From: Gemmatales bacterium
Lineage (GTDB): Bacteria > Planctomycetota > Planctomycetia > Gemmatales > HRBIN36
Length of the DNA stretch: 64,000 nucleotides
Assembly (NCBI GenBank): GCA_041640595.1
Contig: JBEPZY010000005.1
Span: 1 to 64,000 of the forward strand
Reading direction: 5' to 3'
Shown here: positions 58,377-64,000 of the stretch, in pieces
How the letters are laid out: each line of letters begins with the position of its first letter
Position numbering within the stretch: the first letter of the stretch is position 1
The notes under the pieces: generated by a model
Told to the model about the DNA's origin: nothing
What the model saw: only the letters and a program-made list of their open reading frames with translations
Databases searched by the model: none
Program-made: the position numbers and the translations under genes

Positions 58377-59393
58377 TCAGTTGCCTCCGTTGTTAGTGGC
58401 GTTTTGCGAGCTTGAATGGGTATTACGAATCGCCTGGAGCAGGGCCAAACTTGCAAGTCCATAGAAGGTATATTCCACATCTGGTGCTGTATGCTTAGCA
58501 TCGGCCAGGAAGGATATTCGTCCCGGCACTTCCCAGGGCCCGGCCCAGAATCCGCCTTCGGGAGATTGCAAGCAGCAGACATGGGCGGTCAGCTTATCCG
58601 CCGCGATAAAGGTTGTGTCGCCTAATGCGTAAGCCGTCCACAGTCCCGTAAAAGTAGAAAGTAAGTCCGGTATGGTTATGCGAGCATGAGCGGTAAAACC
58701 AGTGTGCGGAACATAGACGCTCCGCAGGAATTGTAATATGCGCTCTGCCACTGATGGCGGTACTGAGCCCGTCATTTGCCAGATAGCTGCCGCAGCAGCA
58801 GTGGGATTAGTGCCACTACTGGGTACGGTTGCGGTGTCGGCATAGCCACCATCAGCCAGTTGCCTCTCGCTCAGCCAGGTGGTGCATGAGGTTAAGTCCG
58901 GGAACGATAGGTCTAACAATTCGCAACACAACAGGCCCAGAAATGTCTGGTAAATCGTCGTGCTATGGGAGCCGCGTCGCGCTGCGAAACCGCCGTCGGA
59001 GGTGCGAAATTCGGATAAGCAGGAACTGGCCCGGCTGCGAAAGTCCTCCCATTTGCCGATCGGTTCGCGCGATCTCAGGTAGTTAGCGATGGCCCTGGAT
59101 TGGATCAGAGAGTAGAAGCTAACCATAGTGGGGAACTGGGAGGGGTCTAATGTATCTAACCAGTGATAGGTGGGACTTAGTAACGAGGGATCGAGGATGT
59201 TAGCAAGAGCCAGGGTGCGCAGGGCGAAGGCTGTGTAATATATGTCCGGCTCACCCTGGCGATTGGGGAATCCGCCATCGTGGCATTGCTGGCGGAGCAC
59301 GTATTCACCGATTTGCCGCACCAGTTCGGCTGGCAGCGACCGCAGGCCAGTCCGCAAGGTTTGTTCGAGACGGTCTAAATATCGGATTTTCAT
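58377..59393 (-). CDS. Prenyltransferase/squalene-oxidase repeat protein (GGTase beta-like fold)
   Basis: Repeated Q..DGGF/Y motifs, DIYYTAFALR, DLLSTFTG, DVEYTFYGL. Confidence 0.8.
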   Translation of the reverse strand: MKIRYLDRLEQTLRTGLRSLPAELVRQIGEYVLRQQCHDGGFPNRQGEPDIYYTAFALRTLALANILDPSLLSPTYHWLDTLDPSQFPTMVSFYSLIQSRAIANYLRSREPIGKWEDFRSRASSCLSEFRTSDGGFAARRGSHSTTIYQTFLGLLCCELLDLSFPDLTSCTTWLSERQLADGGYADTATVPSSGTNPTAAAAAIWQMTGSVPPSVAERILQFLRSVYVPHTGFTAHARITIPDLLSTFTGLWTAYALGDTTFIAADKLTAHVCCLQSPEGGFWAGPWEVPGRISFLADAKHTAPDVEYTFYGLASLALLQAIRNTHSSSQNATNNGGN

Positions 59394-59448
59394 AGAGGAA
59401 CGGGTACACGAATACTTAGGGGGTAAGTCTGGCACTTACGGTTCGGTT

Positions 59449-60024
59449 CTAAGTCGCGGTGGCCCGACCGGTGAGACCTAATTCTTCGGCATGGGGTTTC
59501 AGAGCATCAATGACGAACTGAATGTGTTCGGCCAGGTCCACACCGAAATCGGCAGCGCCGCGGTAAATATCTTCGCGATTGACTTTGGCAGCGAAGCCTT
59601 TTTGTTTGAGTTTTTTCAGGACACTGTCCGCGGTGAGACTCAGGATGCCATCCGGTCGCACCAGAGCGCAGGCGGTAATGAAGCCGCAGAGTTCGTCGCA
59701 GGCGTAAAGAGCTTTCTCGACAGGACGGATGCGGGGACAGTCAGGGAGATAGTCCGCGTGGGACTTAATCGCATAAATAACTTCTTCCGGCCAACCCCGC
59801 TCCTGGAGGATTTGTGCGCCTCGCAAGGGGTGATCGGGCGGGTTAGGCCAGCGTTCGTAATCGAAATCGTGTAACAAACCGATAATGCCCCAGAGGTCTT
59901 CATTTTCTCCGAGCTTGCGAGCATAAGCCCGCATGGCATATTCAACGGCGAGCATATGCCGGACTAAGTTTATGTTCGTAGTAAATTCCTGTACCAGTTG
60001 CCAGGCCTCTTCGCGGGATTTCAT
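59449..60024 (-). CDS. HD-domain metal-dependent phosphohydrolase
   Basis: RHMLAVE, LLHDFD, H..., ACDELCG. Confidence 0.88.
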   Translation of the reverse strand: MKSREEAWQLVQEFTTNINLVRHMLAVEYAMRAYARKLGENEDLWGIIGLLHDFDYERWPNPPDHPLRGAQILQERGWPEEVIYAIKSHADYLPDCPRIRPVEKALYACDELCGFITACALVRPDGILSLTADSVLKKLKQKGFAAKVNREDIYRGAADFGVDLAEHIQFVIDALKPHAEELGLTGRATAT

Positions 60025-60035
60025 ATTAGTCCCCT

Positions 60036-61889
60036 CTAGCGGGATTTGACATACTTATCGAGAAAAGCAACCATCTTCGGATAAGCATCTAAGCGGTTTT
60101 TGAGCTTGGCCAGACCGTGCCCTTCGTCCTCATAGCGCAGGTACTCGACAGGAATATTCCGCTGCCGCAGGGCGTGCACGATCTGCTCGGCCTCGCCGAT
60201 TGGTACACGGGGATCGTTGGCACCGTGGATAATCATCATCGGGCAACGAATCTTATCCACATGCCGAATGGGACTAATCTCTTCCAGAAAGGCACGGTGT
60301 TCACGGAGGTTACCGTATTCTTTTTCCCGATGGGCCCGGCGATAAGCACCAGTACGCTCCAGGAAGGTAATAAAGTTAGCGATGCCGACGACGCTGATGC
60401 CGGCGGCGAATAAGTCCGGATATTGAGTCACGGCCGACAGCACCATAAATCCGCCATAACTGCCACCGTAAACCGCGATTCGTTTGGGGTCGGCTTTTTT
60501 CTGATCGCGGAGCCAGTAAACACCCCAGATTAGATCCTTGACAGAATCCATGCGGCGAGTGGTATTGTCTAAGTTCATATAGTGCATACCGTAGCCGCTC
60601 GAACCACGAACATTAGGAGCGAAAATAGCATAGCCAGCCTGGAGGAAATACTGGAATATAGCACTAAATTCAGGGCGGGTTTGACTCTCCGGGCCACCGT
60701 GAGGATAAACAATCACGGGAGGCAAGCGACCGGATTCAGGCGCACGCGCGGGATAAAACCAGGCCGGGATCATCAGGCCGTCGAAGCTGGGATAGCGAAC
60801 CAGTTGTGGCTCCACGAACGTGCTGAAAGGAATACCAGCGCGGCTGCTATAAGTTAACTGGCGAAGCTGGCGTGTGGTTAGGTCGTAAAGCCAGATATCG
60901 GGATTGTGTCGCGGTCCGCTGAGCACAAACGCCAGTTTTGCGCCGTCCGGACTGAATTCTAGCTGGGAAATCACCCCTGTAGGTACGTCAGGACTAAAAG
61001 ATTTAGTCAGGTTATCCTGGGAGGCCAGGAACAATCGAGATTGGCCGTCGTGATTTTCCAGCCAGGCAATCCCGGGACCGATGCGAGGCAATTCGAGACT
61101 TTCGACTTCGTGTTTAGAAGTGTGTACATAATCAAGCCGGCCAGTTGCCAGTTCGATGCGAGCCAAAGCGAGTAAGTCGCGGCCACCGTGGGTGCTGACG
61201 CAATAAACATATTTGCCGTCGGGACTAAACCGCGGCGACTCATATTGGGCATCGCCCTGGTGCGGTGTCAGGTGTCGTACCTTGCCGGAATTCCATTCCA
61301 GCAAATAAAGGTCTTGATTATAATTCGACTCCGGACGGACAACTAAGAGATACTTACCGTCGGGAGAAAAGCCGGCGGGAACATAATAACCGCCTGGCCC
61401 TTCGTGAACGAGCCGGGCTTCGCCTTCATTTTGCAAAGATTGGACATAAATATCGAAGCGATCCGGTTTGGTGCGGTTGGCGGCAAAGGCGAAGTACTTG
61501 CCATCACGACTAAATCCGCCGAACAGATGAATCGCCTCGGGATGGCGGGTCACGTCCTGATAGTCCCAGCCGTCGGTAAAGCCATGTTCTGCGGCCACGC
61601 CGACAGGATACAGGCGATAAAGCTGAGTGCGCTCATTTCCTCCCGTATCCTGACTGAAGAGCAATTCGTGGCGGACAGGATTATGCCAGACGCCGCGGAC
61701 AGCCTCTTGCGTAAAGGTAAGGCGGACGGGCCAGCCGCCCTGAAGGGCAACCTGCCAGACCTGCGGGACACCGCTAATGTTAGTCAGAAAAGCTACGTAT
61801 CGGCCATCGGGCGAAAAACTCGGCGTGGTGGCGACCTGGATGTTGAGGAAGCGTTCGATAGTGTACATCGGATAGCTCGCAGCCGGCAT
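60036..61889 (-). CDS. S9-family (prolyl oligopeptidase/acylaminoacyl) peptidase
   Basis: PD40-type propeller, HGGP, GGSYGG, HGANDPRV, EGHG catalytic triad. Confidence 0.93.
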   Translation of the reverse strand: MPAASYPMYTIERFLNIQVATTPSFSPDGRYVAFLTNISGVPQVWQVALQGGWPVRLTFTQEAVRGVWHNPVRHELLFSQDTGGNERTQLYRLYPVGVAAEHGFTDGWDYQDVTRHPEAIHLFGGFSRDGKYFAFAANRTKPDRFDIYVQSLQNEGEARLVHEGPGGYYVPAGFSPDGKYLLVVRPESNYNQDLYLLEWNSGKVRHLTPHQGDAQYESPRFSPDGKYVYCVSTHGGRDLLALARIELATGRLDYVHTSKHEVESLELPRIGPGIAWLENHDGQSRLFLASQDNLTKSFSPDVPTGVISQLEFSPDGAKLAFVLSGPRHNPDIWLYDLTTRQLRQLTYSSRAGIPFSTFVEPQLVRYPSFDGLMIPAWFYPARAPESGRLPPVIVYPHGGPESQTRPEFSAIFQYFLQAGYAIFAPNVRGSSGYGMHYMNLDNTTRRMDSVKDLIWGVYWLRDQKKADPKRIAVYGGSYGGFMVLSAVTQYPDLFAAGISVVGIANFITFLERTGAYRRAHREKEYGNLREHRAFLEEISPIRHVDKIRCPMMIIHGANDPRVPIGEAEQIVHALRQRNIPVEYLRYEDEGHGLAKLKNRLDAYPKMVAFLDKYVKSR

Positions 61890-61937
61890 AGTTGGCGAAC
61901 TCCGTTTTAGTGTCAGGCGCTCGAATTAGATGGTTAT

Positions 61938-63203
61938 CTAAGTTTCACGGATAAAGTAAGAGCGGAGGATGCGGAATAGCGTCAGGGCGGTGATCATAGT
62001 AAGTCCGGAGGCTGTCAGGAGCCAGAAAGCCGAACGTGGTTCGCCTGTATAGTGCCAGAGCAAACCGACTACGGGAGCGCCGAGGGCACCGACGCCGAAA
62101 GTCAGGGCGAATTTCATTCCGTAAGATAGACCTCGGCGTTGTGCAGAGGTACCTTCGGCTAACAAACTGTTCTCCACCGGTTGCTGAGCGAACAGACAAA
62201 TGGCCAGCAGAATAGCGATAGGCAAACCGAGTTCAGGTTGCGGAATAAGTGCCAGCGAGGCAGCCAGAGCGGACATCAAGAGGATAGCGGCGGTATAGAC
62301 CGGCATCGCACCGCGGTGCTGAGCAAGGGTGCCGCTCAAGTATTGTCCGAGCGTGCCGGCAAGCAGAGCCAGGAAACTATAGAGTCCGCCTTTCGCCAGC
62401 GCCTGCGCAGCGCTGGCATCACCGGTCAGATACAGGGGCAGGGCGGTTACCAGAGTGCGGTAATTGAGGCCGCCCAGCATCATGGCCAGATAAAGCGGCG
62501 CCAGAATCAGCCAGACCGCGGTTTGCGAATTGGGGTCGGGCGAGGAACGAAGGGGAGAAGCGGTGGGCGAATCCTCCGGTTGCCAGCGCAGATGGAGCAT
62601 GAAACAACCGGCGAGGAAACTGATAGCTGCCAGTGTCCAGAAAGCGCCTTGCCAGTAGCCGCCAGCGGCCCAGAGACCGCCCAGGAGTGGCCCACAGGCC
62701 ACGCCAATGCTTCCGGCGACACCGTTGACGCCCATGGCCCATTCGCGGCGACGGATGCCCACGGATATCAGGGCAATGCCTGCGGGATGGTAGATGCTCA
62801 GAACCAGGCCCAGCACAGTCAGACCGAGAAAAAGAGAGATTTCGTCGTAAGCCAGGGCGACCAGGCCCGCTGCGATAGCCAGGCCGAAGTAATACCAGCG
62901 TAACAGCCGGTCAGCCCCCCAGCGATCCACAGCCAAACCAGTGGGAATCGCTCCCAGCCCCAGCAGAACGTAGCCCAGGTAAGGCAAGGAAGTAAGCACT
63001 CGCTGATCGAGCAGGAATTGCTGTTGGATGGCGAGCAGGGCTCCCGTGATGGCAAGCTCGCCGGCGTGGCACAGGGCGTGTCCCAGACTGCTGAGGGCAA
63101 CGATTCGCCATTCCCCCGCCGATTCGCTCCGGCTGGGGGCGACTACAGGGGGCAGCGGTTCGATTTGTGCTGACGCAGTTTGTGCCGAGGCATCCTGGAG
63201 CAT
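61938..63203 (-). CDS. MFS transporter
   Basis: About 12 TM; G.AVDRWG motif A, YHPAG. Confidence 0.85.
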   Translation of the reverse strand: MLQDASAQTASAQIEPLPPVVAPSRSESAGEWRIVALSSLGHALCHAGELAITGALLAIQQQFLLDQRVLTSLPYLGYVLLGLGAIPTGLAVDRWGADRLLRWYYFGLAIAAGLVALAYDEISLFLGLTVLGLVLSIYHPAGIALISVGIRRREWAMGVNGVAGSIGVACGPLLGGLWAAGGYWQGAFWTLAAISFLAGCFMLHLRWQPEDSPTASPLRSSPDPNSQTAVWLILAPLYLAMMLGGLNYRTLVTALPLYLTGDASAAQALAKGGLYSFLALLAGTLGQYLSGTLAQHRGAMPVYTAAILLMSALAASLALIPQPELGLPIAILLAICLFAQQPVENSLLAEGTSAQRRGLSYGMKFALTFGVGALGAPVVGLLWHYTGEPRSAFWLLTASGLTMITALTLFRILRSYFIRET

Positions 63204-63284
63204 GGAGGGATTCCTTAAATCGAGGGAGAGCGCAAAAAGCGTACTTCCGGAGAAAGGTAGGAATCGGCGGGTGGTTTGCAAAGG

Positions 63285-64000
63285 TTAGGCGAGGAGCCGA
63301 CGCAGAGTTTCAAGATTTTTGGCGTCCCAATCCGTGCCGCCGGAATCGCCTTTGGGGGTCTCCAGAATCATAGGCAGACGTCGAAAAGCCCGGCAACGCA
63401 AGACCAGCCGGAAACCTTCCAGGCCGATTTTACCGTGGCCGATATGAGCATGGCGATCGATTCGCGATCCGAGCGGCCGAGCGCTATCGTTGAGATGCCA
63501 GGCGCGGATACGTTGCACATCCAGGTAACGGTGCAACTGACGCAGGGTTTGCAGCCAGGCCCGACGCGGTGCCAGAGGATAACCGGCGGCGAATAAATGG
63601 CAGGTGTCGAGACAGAAGCCGAGCCAGGGAGGATCACCGAGACGGCGAGCGATGCTTTGCAACTGTTCGAGTCGCCAGCCGAGAGCGGTTCCCTGGCCGG
63701 CAGTGTTTTCGAGCAGGATTTGCGTGGTACACTCAGCACACCGCTGCCGTGCTTCCGCCAGTGCGTCAGCGACACGGTCGAGTGCCTCGAGTTCTGCGGT
63801 TCCGGTATGGGCTCCGGGATGCAGGACCAGATAATCCAAACCGAGGAGATTGGCCCGTTGCCATTCCTCGATGAACGCTTCCAGCGACCGGCGAAAGAGC
63901 CCCGGATCGGGCGAGGCCAGGTTGATCAGATAGCTGCTATGGGCCAGTAACCATCGCGGTCGCAGCAATCGGCGGGTCTGGTGAAAACGCGTTAGCTCGG
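63285..64000 (-). CDS. nfo: Endonuclease IV, 5' part beyond the window
   Basis: HSSYLINLAS, HPG, LENTAGQG, CLDTCH, HLNDS, DRH.HIG.G.IG, ILETP; frame open to the window end. Confidence 0.93.
   Translation of the reverse strand, partial: ELTRFHQTRRLLRPRWLLAHSSYLINLASPDPGLFRRSLEAFIEEWQRANLLGLDYLVLHPGAHTGTAELEALDRVADALAEARQRCAECTTQILLENTAGQGTALGWRLEQLQSIARRLGDPPWLGFCLDTCHLFAAGYPLAPRRAWLQTLRQLHRYLDVQRIRAWHLNDSARPLGSRIDRHAHIGHGKIGLEGFRLVLRCRAFRRLPMILETPKGDSGGTDWDAKNLETLRRLLA

Overview
A mostly core-chromosomal, high-GC window. Gene content points to a planctomycete, probably Gemmatales/Gemmataceae (inferred from the DUF1549/1553-DUF1501 pair, a PVC-type heme-binding protein, an H4MPT formyltransferase and a short UvrC). 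Recognisable genes: flagellar export fliO-fliP-fliQ-fliR-flhB, hisG, hisI, a sirtuin, a PII protein, a fused CcsB-CcsA cytochrome c synthase, holB-tmk, a lipB-like/lipA/lipoyl-domain operon, an argG paralogue, fhcD/ftr, uvrC, rpsO-pnp, a USP with a P-type ATPase, a nitrate/nitrite assimilation cluster, rmlD, a Ski2-like helicase and a hydrolase/transporter run ending in nfo. No rRNA, tRNA, CRISPR array, transposase or integrase was seen. Most notable: (1) an intact LipA flanked by a LipB homologue lacking its Cys/Lys catalytic dyad and a lipoyl domain lacking its acceptor lysine; (2) a full-length ArgG homologue with degenerate ATP- and substrate-binding motifs; (3) an NADH-reductase/[2Fe-2S]/full NirA fusion behind a sigma-54 promoter with phased NtrC-like boxes; (4) two REP/REPIN-like hairpin arrays with covarying stems; (5) heptamer repeat tracts, one forming a ~900 bp quasi-palindrome; (6) a lower-GC, TA-rich codon segment in the last quarter. 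All family assignments come from motif recognition by eye; no database search was run.
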